This document shows, in pieces, positions 1-13,800 of a DNA stretch of 64,000 nt. The stretch covers positions 1,116,001 through 1,180,000 of the forward strand of contig CDRNST010000097.1 in the NCBI GenBank assembly GCA_977016875.1, read 5' to 3'. The position numbers and the translations under genes were made by a program. The first letter of the stretch is position 1; every line of letters starts with the position of its first letter. This stretch comes from Pavona decussata. Its lineage: Eukaryota. The notes beneath the pieces were generated by a model. That model saw nothing but the letters and a program-made list of their open reading frames with translations, was not told the origin of the DNA and made no database searches.

Positions 1-74
1 CTTCTAGATTTTTTGTTTGGCTTTACACTTTGGCTTCGTGCGTAGTTACCTACTTCATCATACTTCCTTCCTAG

Positions 75-446
75 AAAGCCATAATTGGTCATGGTTTCCC
101 AGGCATACCAGGATCAAATGGCATGCCAGGAATGCCTGGTATTCCAGGACCGCAAGGTCCACAGGGAAGAGAAGGAGTTAAAGGACAAATTGGTAACAAG
201 GGCGCTCAAAGAATCATAGGTCCAAAAGGGGACAAAGGTCTCGAAGGGCCTCGCGGGAAGAGTGGGCTACAAGGAATGATGGGAATGAAAGGAGAGCGGG
301 GAGTGATGGGAACTGAGGGAAGAAAAGGAGACAAGGGAGAGAAAGGAGAAAGTGTGAAAGGAAGTCCAGCAAGTGGAGTGCCACAAACAAACTGGAAACA
401 GTGCGTGTGGAAAAGCAACATCGAAACCGACAACGGAAAGATTAAG
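75..446 (+). CDS. CTHRC1: CTHRC1-like copy A, coding exon 2 (collagen triple helix + start of C-terminal domain); exon 1 lies upstream of window
   Basis: AG acceptor 73-74, GT donor 447-448, 372 nt, phase 0. Encodes [19 protein letters not shown]..., Gly-X-Y run, then [10 protein letters not shown] (CTHRC1 NWKQC motif). Confidence 0.9.
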
Positions 447-2618
447 GTGAGTTAAATTAAAGTGAGAAGAATAACTGGTTTTCGATTAAAACAAATCCAA
501 GAAAACAAGACATCCCGGGGAAAACCTAAGCACCTTGGCTTACACCAGTCATCTCTCGATTTGCACGTTACTGATTTGTAAATGCAGCTGACTCGTATCA
601 ATTGTCCTCGGGAAAATAAGAACATGTGTATTGGATTAACCACCAGCTATATGATTAGTCACGTTATATGTACCGTATTAGTATCCTCGGTATTGAACTG
701 AACTAGCTCGTATACTAGCCTCCAGTTCAATACCGAGAATACGAATGTGGTCTGTTATAAAGAAAGAGGAAGTCGATCAGAAACGGATACATTCAAAAAG
801 GTTGAAGACACTGTAGCTGCACAGTGCAGAATATTATATGTAGGATTCAGACGAAATTGTTTACTAAGGTTAACAACTCCACTGAGTGAACGAGAAAAAA
901 TGCTGTTCCAAAAATATAGTTATGTAGTAAACAACCTACATTCACAACAACAGGTTTCAGATTTCTTACCACGAAAGGATTTAATACCGTTCACTGCAAA
1001 GAATGTCAATTTACATTACGGATTTTCGTTTGCGTTGCTTGAGATAGCTAACGCCTTTCCAGGCAATTGTTTTACCTATGAAAGAAAAGCTGTTTTGAAA
1101 GCGTCTGTTCTCACAGGCTGTTTACATTGACAAATCATAAACACAGCACCACAAACGACAAAATCTCGCCTAGGCTTAATGTATGTTTAAATAAAACAAC
1201 TTGGATGACAATATTTAGGCCAGCCATTACAAAAACAACAAGCTTAAGCTTCTGGGGTCGTGTCCCTTCCTACCCTACCCTCATCTATAACTCCAAGACG
1301 ATTAAAACTATGTCAAGAACACTTGAAGAATTGGTATAGTACGTCAAAAGATATCCTTTTTGATTTAGAACGGCAAGGTCTATGACTTAGGACATTTATC
1401 ATGGTTGCCAAATCATTTATTATGGTTGCCATCTTAGATACTCTATCTTCAAAATTAATTAATTAATTAACAATTAATTTTGTTCACTAAAAAAGAGGAA
1501 AATTCCGCTTTTTAAAAAAGTGAAAGTCAAAATTCGGTTGTTTCGATCGGTTGTTTTACTGTTCAGTTCGAAGAGCAAAGTGTTTGCACTGATGAATGAG
1601 GGCGTGATATTTGATCGCCGCAAAATCATGCCAGCTTTTGGTGTTTATTCCACAATTTTAAACGCTAGTTGTAATAAATAAAGCTACAAGAAAAGTGTCA
1701 AAAAATAGTGATATCTACATGACGGCAATTCCTTTATTTAGATTAGCAAGGTCAGCGTTTGTGAAATTCTTTTAATCGTTGTCTAAAGCGGATGCAAAAT
1801 TGGCCGCTTTAGGAAATGAATTAAACAAGTTCAGTAAAAGAAACACATACAAACGTACCGTTCGTTAAATGGACCAGAACAGGTCCATTTCAACCATTCC
1901 ATGTATTAATAACGATTTGCTTTTAACAATGTCGGAATATCTTCGTGGCGTAGCTCTACTACAAAGCGATTTTTAGTATTATTTGGCTCAAACAATTTTG
2001 GAGCCAATCTGAGTACACTAAGAGGGGGAATTTTTCCTCATCTCAGTTGTACGCTGACGCGTTCATTGGCCATATTTGGCCGCCATTGGACAACAAACCT
2101 CGGAGCAAGGGTATTGGTAAAATGGAACATTTTAGGCAACTGGTTAGGTATGCTTGAGGCTGAACGATTTTCTTTAAGAATCATTTGAGCCTTTGAGAGC
2201 AACTGTGAAATTGTAAGGAAAATCCATTACCATCTGATATACCATCAAACCATTATAACTACTGGAAGCACGCACCGTCTACAAAAGTCAGAGGATTGCT
2301 GGCAAATGAATGTAAGCTGACTACCCCACTCGATCTAACCACAAATAACGAATAAACAAGATTTCCTTTCTGTTTTTCTCTTGTCGAAAATAGTAAGCCA
2401 CCGATATTAAATTGCACGTCCAATCTTCTACCGCGAGACGCGTTTGGTTCAATGAAAGCGTGCGACATAATTAAGCGACGGGTCAAGGCGACGATCATGC
2501 TGTGTTTCACCTACGAAAGAGCTGTACATCCAGTCACAGTATTCCTAATCTTGTATTATTTCGTTGCCTTGTTATGTGTATTATCTCTATTGATTACTTG
2601 AATTTTAATTTATTGCAG

Positions 2619-2981
2619 GACTGCTCTTTCAACAAGCTGCAATCTGATACAGCACTCAAAGTGTCATTCCAGGGAGTTATGAGAGTTCATGGCAGTAGCA
2701 GCAAGTGCAACCGATGGTTTTTTAAGTTTAATGGCAATGAATGCAGTGGGCCAATGACGATTGAAGCTGTCATGTACACCAATTGGCCATCATCTGCTGG
2801 GAGTCCCAATCTGCTTCATCACCGATCATTTGAGGGGTACTGTGTGAACATCCCACAAGGCGCGGTAACAGTGGCATTATGGGTAGGAAAGTGTGCAAGC
2901 TTTACCTTGGGTAATGCCAACACTGGTTGGATTTATGTGTCCCGGATAATCATCGAAGAAGTGGCTAGACCCCAGTCTTAA
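2619..2981 (+). CDS. CTHRC1: CTHRC1-like copy A, last coding exon (C-terminal globular domain)
   Basis: tgcag acceptor. DCSFNKLQSDTALKVSFQG..CNRWFFKFNGNECSGPMTIEAV..FEGYC..LWVGKC..TGW..SRIIIEEV matches the CTHRC1 C-terminal domain. TAA stop. Confidence 0.9.
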   Translation, partial: DCSFNKLQSDTALKVSFQGVMRVHGSSSKCNRWFFKFNGNECSGPMTIEAVMYTNWPSSAGSPNLLHHRSFEGYCVNIPQGAVTVALWVGKCASFTLGNANTGWIYVSRIIIEEVARPQS

Positions 2982-3080
2982 AACGGCACTCTTCAAACTT
3001 TTCTTTTTTCTCATATATGGCAGTGGCAATTTTATTCAGTTTCAATTTTTTGTAGACATTTGCAGATAACTTTCAAGCAG

Positions 3081-3268
3081 ATAGACCTATTCGGCTGACG
3101 CAATGTTGTACCCAATTCAAACCCTTTCGGCATAAAATGTTTTGTTCTAAGTATTTCCATATCATTTAAATGTGAATGCTACATTATAACGCAGATGCAA
3201 TAAACAAAGAATCTTAACCCCGGGGGGTCTGAATTGGGTACAACATTGGGTTAGCCGAATAGGTCTAT
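3081..3268. mobile_element. Palindromic MITE in 3' flank/UTR of copy A
   Basis: About 45-bp inverted termini atagacctattcggct...agccgaataggtctat; absent from the homologous flank of copy B. Confidence 0.8.
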
Positions 3269-3366
3269 TGATCATTAATTGTTAGAACACAGTGCTGCCT
3301 GTGATTTCATGTATACTTAATAAACTATATAGCAGTGTTTAGGTGAGCTACAAGTTATAGATAGGT

Positions 3367-3577
3367 AAATAAATAAATAAATAAATAAATAAAAAAATAA
3401 ATAAAAATAAATAAATAAAATAAATAAATAAATAAAACATTTACCTCACTTCCAGTCCTATGGAGTTACTATGAACCTTTATCACGGTATTTGATATGAT
3501 ATGATGATATGATATGATAATCTTTATTTACCGTGGATAAATAAAGATTATCATATCATATCATCATATCATATCAT
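3367..3577. repeat. (AAAT)n microsatellite followed by inverted (ATATG)n/(CATAT)n hairpin
   Basis: Seen directly. Confidence 0.75.
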
Positions 3578-4844
3578 TTTTAATTTTGAAGTTGGCCAGG
3601 AAATCCCAAACAACTGACCCTGCTAGAAAAGGAACCTTAAAATCAGTAAAAAGGCAAAGTTTGAGAGTCTTGAAAAATATATCTATTTATAAAATTTTAT
3701 AAATTCATGAATTTATGAAGACCTTTATATAAAGACGGAAAAACTTGCCTTTTTCTGTACAGTTGGGTTCGATTTCCTGAGCAGTTTTGTCCGCCTGTGT
3801 TCCTCCCCACGGCAGTAGGTTTTGATTTGTAACTGAGAATACTGCAAGGAAACGGAAATTAATTTAAAATACAATCACCATTGAGTCTCCTTTTTTTTTT
3901 CAGAACTCTCAGTAGATAAGCTGGACTGCGATAGTCGTTTTTCACAACGCTTGCATTCCTCGCATTGAAAACTTGCAACAGGGGGTCTACCTATTATTGC
4001 TGCAACCTCTAATTGTTATTTCTATTCAACAGCGTGGTACGTCAAGTATGCCCAGTTCATATTTTGTGCCATTTTCGTGTCGAAAGCAATTGGATTAATC
4101 TTGATTGTAGCACGACCGTTGATTCAAATACCAAACGATAGAAGGTTCAAAAGGGTTTTTCGGTCGCAGGAAACCTTTCTTTTATGTCGAAATTTTGCCG
4201 GTGGCCTTTCTTGTGTTTTTGCATGCATGCAACATTCAGTATGCCACTTCAAATAGAAACGTTTGGGAGAAAGTCATCAAGAAGAATTTTCTATAAATGA
4301 AAAAAATGCCTATTTGAAATAACACAGGATCCTTTCCCTAATAATGTACTAAGTATTTCTTTAAAGAGAATACACGAACCGTGGCCACTGATTTCGAACT
4401 TTCTGAAAAAAAAAAAAACTGGCTGTCTTAAAATGTTGCCATGGTAACACCGAATATCAATGAAAAAGAGACTTACGAGTTCAAATTAATCCCAGATACA
4501 TTTTTGAAAGGTTGATTACGTTTCCTCAAATATTAAAAAAAAAGTTGTAAACTTTCAAAGTCGGCACGGGCAGAATCCGCCTCCTTCCCTTCGCTGTTAA
4601 TAGGGTTAAACCACTCTTTACATCCTGTATATAACCGTTTCCCGAAATATAGGGACTAAGGATTTTACCGCTTGTTTAATTTCCTAAAAGCTTATAGCCT
4701 TTGCTTTTGTTTTGTTTTAAGTCGGGCTTAAGGATTGCCTGAGGTGTTCAGGTTAACAATTTCACAGTGGCTTTGCGTGGTTCAGGGGAAGTGTTGCCAG
4801 GCATCCTGTAGAAATACACACTGTGACTGCAAGCTAAAGTGTAA

Positions 4845-5144
4845 AGCCGCCGTTACACGTTGAAACTTTTAGCTGAAACTTGTGTGCAACGGCGCTGCGA
4901 AACAAGTTTCAGCAGGCCTTGTACCGTGTAACATGGTCGGTTTTTTTGACACTTTTTCGAACTTCGTTGCGAGACAAGTTTCACGAAAAGTGAAACGGTT
5001 TTCTACTTCTGCAACCGCTCGCAACGGTTGCCGTGGTGAAAAAAAGAAGAGTTTCACCGTGTAACACCACGTCGTGAAACTGGTCCCGTTGGTCGTTGCA
5101 CACAAGTTTCACCCAGCTAAAAGTTTCAACGTGTAACGGCGGCT
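4845..5144. mobile_element. PIF/Harbinger-type MITE
   Basis: About 31-bp TIR agccgccgttacacgttgaaacttttagctg, flanked by TAA TSD (4842-4844, 5145-5147). Confidence 0.8.
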
Positions 5145-6339
5145 TAACTGCTATGCGCTAATTAGAATTCTGGTTAAGCAGCAAGACCAGCTACCCTGTC
5201 TAAAAGGAACGATTGTGGTTGATCATATCGCTAAGTTTGTGGAAGTAACAAAAGTTGCTGCTGTTCCTCTACAGTGCATTGTGCAAAAGTGCATGTTGGT
5301 AGCAACTTCAAACGAAAGTTCTGTTTACCATTTGGCAAACTGAATTGAAAGAGAACTAAAAATCCACCGCACCGAAAAGGATGGCGACTGGTACATTTAC
5401 CCACAATTCCTAGCGAACGAAAACCCTAAAAACGTTCACGAATACCCAAAGAAAAGTTCTACAGATTTCGAACCTAGCAAAAACAGTGTTGTTTGTTTTG
5501 GGACGTATTTCGCAAAAAAATATTTGGCTATGTACATATTGGTTGTGTTAGCTTTGCAAGGTATTGGGGTAAAATGTACAGCCGCCATGTTTTTCGTACA
5601 GTGGATTAACCCAAGCACAGTTTGAAAAAAAAAAGAGATTATTTAATTACAAAGCAGCGAAAACAAATGATTTTCTACATCATCCATTATGAGACCAACA
5701 GCCCCCATCCTCCGCTCAAAGATAGGTGAGGTTTTGTTAAATACTAGACTTTTTCCAGTCCCTTATTTTCCCAAGACGGTTGTCAAGTTCGTATGCTTCG
5801 ATCGAACTGCCGCCATCTTGGTTTGTAGCGGCGAGCACAACCTGGGCATGTTAGTGTCCATATTTTCCCGCCCCACTACTCCAACGTTATACAATCAGAC
5901 ACGAGAGGGCCCCACAGTAGTTTTCCCGCTCTCCACGGGTTGCGCTCGAAAATACAAACTATGATGTCGGCATATCTGTTTTAATTATTTTACCACACGA
6001 AGAAATTACAAAGAATAAACAACAAAAAATTAAATTAAGTTATAAAGAAAAAAGTGGTGGGGTGAAACTAAAAAGCTTATGCGTAATTCGGCCTCCCCAA
6101 TTCAACTAAATCAGTTGGCTTCAAATATAAAATCAAGTTAGTTACATGGCGTACGGACGTTGAACAGTTAAAAGCAATAACCTAGTGATTGTTGTTCATA
6201 GTTTTTAGTAATGGAATTCTTAAGGTCTTTCTAAAAATAGCAGATTGAATTAGAGGTGATGATTTCGTTGTTAAGCGAGTTATACAATTTGGGTCCTTGA
6301 AAAAACACAGACAATTTCTTAATATTTGTACGACAGTAA

Positions 6340-6855
6340 GGGTGTCAGTAAAACGCGGGGTCAGGGTCGGGGTCGGGGTCGGAGTCATTTTTTTTTCCCT
6401 TTCTTTTTTTCTTTTTTTTTTTTTTTTCAACATCACAGGTCATTTGTGGGTCAAATAAGGATTAAAGCCAATATAAAAAAGTTAAGTCTCTAAAGCTTAC
6501 TAGCTTAGGATAGGTCATCGGTGACAACGGCTCGATACATTTCCGTATTCTAGCGGACATTGAGTTCCGTGAATTGACTACCTTTTATTCTTCCAAGAAA
6601 CGAAATGAGGCAATAAATACAAGGTACGAGACGATATATTTCCTTGAACTAACAAATTCGTGAACTAGAATGTGCATGAACTTCCTATGAACACCCCCGC
6701 CGCCTTCCATGATCGTGCTCGTTTGTTACAGTCAACCCTTGTCACGCGTGACTATTATTTCCGAGAATTCCCACAAATGACCTGTGATGTTGAAAAAAAA
6801 AAAGGAAAAAAAATGACCCCGACCCCGACCCCGACCCCGCGTTTTACTGACACCC
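6340..6855. mobile_element. Mutator (MULE)-type non-autonomous DNA transposon
   Basis: About 100-110-bp TIRs gggtgtcagtaaaacgcgggg(tcgggg)n...; perfect 9-bp TSD cgacagtaa at 6331-6339 and 6856-6864. Confidence 0.88.
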
Positions 6856-6968
6856 CGACAGTAAGGTAGATGTAAGGCATGGGAGTTTCTAGAAGTTTCT
6901 AGGTGTGAAATTGATTGTTTTGCAGGAAATTGTTACAAGATCTTGGTGGTAAGGTAAGGTCTTGAACA

Positions 6969-7115
6969 TCATTATGAAAGCGAGGCTAAGTGCAAAGCTT
7001 TTATTATGAAAATTAGATTTCATTCATATGCAAACAAAATTAATTTTCATATGAAAAGCTTTGCACTTAGCCTCGGTTTCATAATGAGATTCACAGCAAC
7101 TCGGAAATGGTCTAT
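6969..7115. mobile_element. Fold-back MITE, left end truncated
   Basis: cattatgaaagcgaggctaagtgcaaagctttt ... aaaagctttgcacttagcctcggtttcataatg palindrome. Confidence 0.65.
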
Positions 7116-7971
7116 TGTAGCAAGTGGATGTCATTGAATTTTAATATACCCTCAAGGAAGTTCTTTAAAGATTAGATCAGGTTGTATGAGCACCAAAGCT
7201 TGATTTGTTTATGATTCTAAAAGCACGTCTTTGAAAAACAAGAATACGGCGGATTAAATTTTATCATGCAGATCAATAAGTGCGAGTGAGGTAGAATGAT
7301 CTTTAATGTTCTGAAACGGTATTATCACAGAGGATATTGAAACTTGTCAGGTATTTGTATTAAGCGATTATAGACAATTCTTTCCAAAAATTTTGAAAAG
7401 CTAGGAAGTACGGAGACAGGTGGGTAATTGGTGAACAGCAACTGATCATCGGATTTAAATACACTGAGGTATCACACGAGCTATTTTTTATTTCATCAGT
7501 TCGAAATCAGTTTGATAAAAGAATACGATATCTCCTATCGCACATGAAATTAGGGGATTGTCAACAGTGATTTTCTACACCTTTCACTACAAAATTTCCC
7601 GGGCCTGAAGAATATCTTCCGTTATACCGGGGACTTCGTTAAAAAGGCCAGGGGTTCGTTTTATCGGGGAAGGTCGCGTTCCACATTAGTGAGTGATTTT
7701 ATCTGAAGCTTGCGTGTCCCTAAAACTAATACCCCTGAGTCGAAAGAAGGACTGGGCGCCGACTACAGATTAGACCCTTGTAGGAAGATGTCGATCTAGA
7801 GACGAGTGGCTCAGAGATAGTAACCTCCTAGTAGCTAGCGATCTTTCCTTAGATGCTTAGTAGCCAGACGTAATGTTTAACTTAACACTTATTATTTACC
7901 TCTCTCTTTGGCCACTCCACTTTCCTTGGCACAGAGCCCTGGAGTCCCATAATGACCCCTCTCGACTCTGA

Positions 7972-7978
7972 TATAAAA
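7972..7978 (+). promoter_or_regulatory. Putative TATA box of CTHRC1-like copy B
   Basis: TATAAAA about 140 bp upstream of the ATG, in a promoter block alignable with copies D and E. Confidence 0.45.
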
Positions 7979-8114
7979 TCTGTGCGGCCATAGATTGTAA
8001 ATCAATAATTTTTTTTTGGCACATCAATCAAGTTACGTCAATAAAAGAGTTACTTTTAAAAGGCAAGAACACACCCAGCTTCATTCATACAAAAGTTCTT
8101 GTGTATTTCACATT

Positions 8115-8225
8115 ATGGCGCAGTACTTCAAAGCGTTATTGGTTCTCTGTTTATCAGCTTTCGCACGCGGGACCACCACTAAACCTCAACAACAGGAAAC
8201 GGTCGCTTCGAAAGACTTGTGTGAG
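8115..8225 (+). CDS. CTHRC1: CTHRC1-like copy B, coding exon 1 (signal peptide)
   Basis: MAQYFKALLVLCLSAFARG-TTTKPQQQETVASKDLCE, hydrophobic leader; donor GAG|GTGAGT, phase 0, in frame with exon 17376. Confidence 0.85.
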
Positions 8226-10874
8226 GTGAGTACATGGGTATTACAGTTTTGCTAATTTATTGTAACGAGACAGTCGAACCGTTCAAAGGCAAGGAAGGCA
8301 TATTGCTGGGATCTGGAGATATAGTGGAAGACGACGACCCACAGTACTTTTTTTTGGAAAAGTGAATGACAAGACCAAATTGATGGGACATCGAACATGG
8401 ACGATTTGTATTCTTAGAAAAGTGTTGTGATCCCCATTAATACGAAATATCTATGGGAAAAACAAGCAGTCGATAAGACCCAGATTTCGTACGTGGTATA
8501 CCTCAATCAGTGTATTTCTAGGGTTTCCTCCCATGTTGGTATATCATATTGTTCGTCCGTCAACGCGATTATGGAGTATTGACCTAAAATGTAGGCTCTG
8601 CTAAATTGTGCGTAATTACGTGGTATGCAGGACTACTCGTTTTAAGCAGTGACCCTGATAAGAACTTACCATGAAAGTGAGTCATTTCTGGCCTCCGCAT
8701 CAAGCAATGCATCACAAGCGAACTGACCTTTTTCTGAAAAGGATTCCGGTAAGTCAGACGTGCTGAGCAACAACGCTCATATTTATTCTTTAAAAGCCTA
8801 AAACCGCGCTAACTTTATGAGAAGCAAGAACAAAACATAGTCAATCTAAAAAGGAGATTTTTTTTTTCAAATCGGTATGTCGGATGACTTGATACCTCTT
8901 CGAGACAGATTTTGTAGTCTTTCAGTTTCACTGTCCATCTTCGATGGGTTTTAGCCTTACAGCTAATGTTTCCGTTTTAAGAATTACGTGAAACATATAC
9001 GAAAGCTACTGGAATGACTAGTTACATCAAAGCTAATCAATAAAAATGAGAACGAGGAACGTTGAATCTTTCTCTGCTTCCACTATAGTATGTTTGGTAT
9101 TAATGCGCTTTAATACGTATTCCACATTTTTAAGACAGTTCAATTACTGCAACAGAACCAGGTTCACAAGATTATCTTTCTTAACAGATCCGTCTAAACC
9201 GCGCTGATTATTGATTGAAATTAGTGTCTTAAAGAGATTACCACATAATTGGGAGTCACTTGAGAGTACTAATAAAAGGTGTCTCATTGAGCAAGTTGTT
9301 TTCTTAAGCATCGCCCTAAAAGTTTAGAGCAGATACAGAAAACTCTGCACGAGTGCTAGCCAGGTGCTATCTGAAAAAATGCCAAATATTTTTGCGTAAC
9401 TATTTTCAAGAGCCAAAGTGGATTACCTTTGTCAACAAATTTCTTTTACAAGTTGAGAGTTAAGTTATTTACGCCTGCAAAATTTCTCGGCTATTTTTTT
9501 TTCTAAAACCTAAGTGAGTAGGCGTCCATAACTTTCTCAAATGCTTCGTCACAATCCTGGGAACATTCCTTCACATACTTTTGCACTTTAAAGTCAGTCA
9601 GTTTACTGCAGTGGAGAAGGGTTCGGAAGAGAAGAGAAGGTTATCTTTGTTCATTGGACATTGCTCTGGTTTACTTGGGAGTTTTCAACTGGCTACTGTT
9701 CTCAGAGGATACATCCAGAGCTGCTACATTTCTGTTGCCAAATTGTTCGGGACAGAGGCATCACGCAGGCCAATAAAGACATGTACAATCATGACCAGTT
9801 GAGATGGGGACACTTGATCCTTTTCGGATTTTTTTCCCCTTAACTTTGCCTCAACATCATCGATTCGTCTTTCAGCTCATCAACGTTGTAAGAGGAGGGG
9901 GTAGTGGGTAGGGGAGGGGGGGGGGGGGTGAAGCCATCATTGTGTTATTTTCTCAAAGCTAATTGGGTATACGTCTTGGAATGTTGAAACGTTGGCCCAT
10001 TGTCAGACTATTATGATGCTTGGTGCTACCATTTTCCAGCTGCGTAAATCTTCTTGTAGAGGCTTTTAAAGACACATTTTACATTTTTAAATTATTTAAT
10101 GTCTTTCATAGAGCCGAGTTCAAAAGGTTATCACCGTTAATGGAGTCATCCTTATCGCGCTGACCATTAGTTTCTTGAAGATATTACAAAGAAAATAGAA
10201 ACCGCTTGTGTTTATTAAGGTCCGCAATAAACTTGCGAATGAAAGAGAAAATAGGCTGCCATTAAAGGAAATGTACGCCAACAAAATAGTCGGTTTCCAA
10301 ATGTGGAACATTTACGCGTATGTGGGTCTTGCTTTATGTAGTAGAAAATTTATTTGATGATTCAGAAGATACTACACACCAAATTCAAAGGAAAGAATGC
10401 TGAATACTTGTATAAAAGGTTAAACTGCATGTGTGGGACATTTGTAACACTCTCTTCTTTTCAAAATTTACAAATTTCTTAATACCAGACCAGCTGGAAA
10501 CAGGAATTTTCAAGTCTAAGTAGCGTGCAGGTATTTAACCTTCGATCTTCTTTATAGGGTGAATCACGGAGATAAACACAATTATAAATTGACACGTCAC
10601 AAATTGACTTCATGCTTCAAATTGGCGTAAGTGGAAAAGTGATCTTTTGTGACAGAACCATTAGCCAGAATATTGGGATAAGGAACCCTATAAATTATTA
10701 GGTCATTTAGCGGAGTAGTTAATTGTGTAGGATGTGCAATCTCTGTGAACAAGACTCTAGCACAGTCGAAAGCTTAGAATTATACTTTCAATACGTTGCG
10801 CGTCAAACATTTATAAATTCAACCAAAAATGCTTGCAAAATTTCAAGCTTATTAAATTACCAATAGAGACACAA

Positions 10875-13800
10875 TTTACCGATCAAATTGAAGCCTCAAC
10901 ATCCCCCAGGGGCAGCTCCCCGGGCATTTGAATTTTGGGGTTACTCTATTATCAAATCCCCACCCCTCCTCCCCGAGCCAAGAGACCATTCAAATGCTCC
11001 TTCCTTCATAGGTCCATTTCAGGTGATCAAATGCCCGACCACTGCCGAGGGATTTAAAGTGCTTTTCACCCTTACCCAATTCCTTTCATTCTCAAAAGTA
11101 GACGTAGAAAGTAAGCCGAAACAAACAAAATAATAAGCTTTGAAGTTATTCTCGTTTTTTAAAACGCGATCGAAATCAAAATTTCAGAAGTAAAAACCGC
11201 GCCATTAGAGGACTGGCACTAGTGAGTTGCGACGTCGACCCGGTATCTTGATGACAAGCACACAACAAAACAGCAGTAAGCACTCAAAACAGCAGTGAAT
11301 CAGAGTGAATTCTACGCGAGCTGTTTGGTTTTCTGGCCGATCTTTTAGCCCTAAAGCCGAACTCTTACTCCGAATCCGAGCAAAGCTACAACTCAGATGA
11401 TTCAGAATTTAACTACAACCCCAGCTACGTCAGGGGCACCCAACGGATCGTTTCGGTAAATTATCTGTTCGGAAGGCCCTTAATCCCCTACAATTTTCTG
11501 AAGGGAATTTTTACCTCGAACTTTCGTCTTATGGGAAATTCAAGGCCTAGTGTTTTCAGATTGATAAAAATGTCGAAAAAAGGTCAGCTAAGATTTTCGG
11601 AAAGGAAATAAGACCTAAGGTTTTCGGGAAATGGACAAATATGCCCTAGTAATTTCGAAAAGACTAGAATGACCGAACAAATAAAAATATGCGCGAACCT
11701 AAAATAAACTTACAGAGCTTAAAAGGCACTCCAGATTGCCTAAAATAGCGTTTCAAAGGATCTGAGAGAAAACTGTCGTTGGGTGCCCCTGGCTACGTGA
11801 TTGACGCGACGATCAAGCACGTAAAATAGGAATGGAAGGCCTACACAAATCCTACGCGCATGTTCAGCGCTTCCTATCCCAGTCTTTTGATCAATTTAGC
11901 TTCTTCTATATCTACAGCAAGTTGGCATGACGATTTGAAGGATTTGTATAATAATCACTGAACAAAGCCATGTGCTTAATTATAGCATGTTTTGTATTTT
12001 GATCCCAAAGGATCTTTCTGGGTTTTGAGTTCTGCGTTTAACTTAGGATTTAAACCGTGTGATAATCTTAAACCTCCGAAAGGGACCACTATTGTTGCGC
12101 TATCTTTGTTAGGATTTGAACTGTGTAATTATATAAACTAAATTCGATTGTGAGACGGCAATACGACTTTCTAATGATGGCTAGTTGGGACAAAATCGAA
12201 TTTAGTTTTTTTATCGCGATACTGACATTTTGTCGGAGAGAATAAACGGATAAAGTACAAATCGTGCGCTGATTGAAAGAGAAATTCTTACTTCCGTCAA
12301 ACTGTAGCCATGGTAATATTCCGTGCGCTAACTTTTTTCTCGGGGCGAGTTATTTGAATTTTTGGCTTTAATTTTTACGTCAAAACAAAGAAAATGCAAA
12401 AATTTACAGTCCATAAAGCACCTACCATTGATGAAATAGACGAGCTAATAGGTTTGAACATTTTACCAGTAAATTTTATTGAAAATTTGTTACCGCCCAG
12501 ATATATTAAACAACAACATGAAAACAGTGATGAATAAACCTCACAACCAGAAGCAAGAATAAAAAGAGCAACCATACTAGTACCCAAAAACGAAAACATA
12601 GGATTGTTATCCTAGCTTAGATGCCATGGAGATTTAAAAATTTGAAAGAGACCAAGCGGCGAAGAATACTGTAAAAATTACCGAGTCTGCCGTTCGGCGC
12701 TACGACAAGAAGATCAAATTGACAGACTTGAGCCATGAAAGAGAACGTAGCAGAGCTCTTGGAGCAATGTTTTCTAGAGATAAGAGACATCAGAAAAGAA
12801 ACAGATCCTTTTGCTTTGAAAATGCCATAATTTATTGGAATTTAAGCTCATTGTTATTTACCGTGGCCGCTTTCACACTCAAGAAAGTCTTTTAAGTAAA
12901 TTTCTCTTCATCGAATTTATAATCACTCTTTTTCGCTTACCTTCAAGGAAAAAGTTGTATCCGCTGTATCATGGTACATGTTCACCGCAAAAAAAAAAAA
13001 AAGATATTATCAGTGGTCCTTGAACAGTGTCAGAATCTTTGTAAACTCAAATGAAAAGAAATTATACAACACCATCCAACGTCGCATGTTCATTCTTTAT
13101 CTTACAGTTTTTGTATTGCCGGGGCCAGGCCGTTTGTTGTGGCAAGATGTTGTGTCTCTGATCATTGCTATTTGTCTTTTGATCCTTTCTTTAGCATTGT
13201 AGATTTCTTCGAGAGCTATGCAATGCGTGAAATTGAGGGCTTAAGTCTATTTAGTTACGGCTTCGATTTTTCATCGCCTCGCCGGCCTCACTCTGCTCCT
13301 CTCTGTTGCGGGAGCCTGCTATTTTCTAAATATTTGAAATATTTCTGTTTTAAAGAATATTTTACGGCGGCGGAGGGAAGTGTAAATAAGCAAGATTTTT
13401 TTCTATGAACTAGAGCTTACCTTTAGTCAACGAAACATGCGGACCACCAAGGAAACAGCTGTTAGGATTGCATTTTTCGTGGCGTAAATAAACTCGGCTT
13501 GTTCAGTTGATATTTCTATCATCTATAAATTGTTTATAAGCTGAATTTGGTCTGGTAGCAAGAGGAATAAAACTGCACAACGTTTGAAAAGCCGTTGCGT
13601 GTTTTTTTTTTTTTTTTTTTTTTTAATATTTTGACTTCCAGGTACTAAAAGCCGACCTTTTGAAGCAGTATATCGAACATGTCAATCGACCGACATGTTC
13701 GATCGACTCTTAGCCTCGTTCTTCACAGGCAAATTCAAGAATGAAGCTTTTTTAAAAAGAATGATCCATTCTTCTTGGAAAACCTACTCCCAAATTTATA

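Larger units (their letters stand above)
6130..7500 (-). mobile_element. Degraded CR1/L2-group LINE fragment, interrupted by MITEs
   Basis: Minus-strand remnants translate to RT motifs PVSVLPSFSK..ERIVYNRL and DHSTSLALIDLHDKI; boundaries approximate. Confidence 0.55.

Noticed and set aside
206-433. Pro/Ser/Phe-rich minus-strand ORFs (also 17507-17779, 39399-39611)
   Set aside because: Antisense shadows of the collagen exons.
123-455. Fibrillar or short-chain collagen as a standalone ORF
   Set aside because: Splice sites and NWKQC plus the C-terminal domain show it is an internal CTHRC1-like exon.
747-1400. ORF 747-1130 or LINE remnant in intron 2 of copy A
   Set aside because: No recognisable domain on + strand; minus-strand LINE similarity too degraded to support.
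6182-6869. PTPTP-containing ORFs on both strands
   Set aside because: Translations of the (GGGGTC)n subterminal repeats in MULE TIRs.
12600-13400. Crypton-like recombinase remnant
   Set aside because: Only a few suggestive residues and a small hairpin; insufficient evidence.
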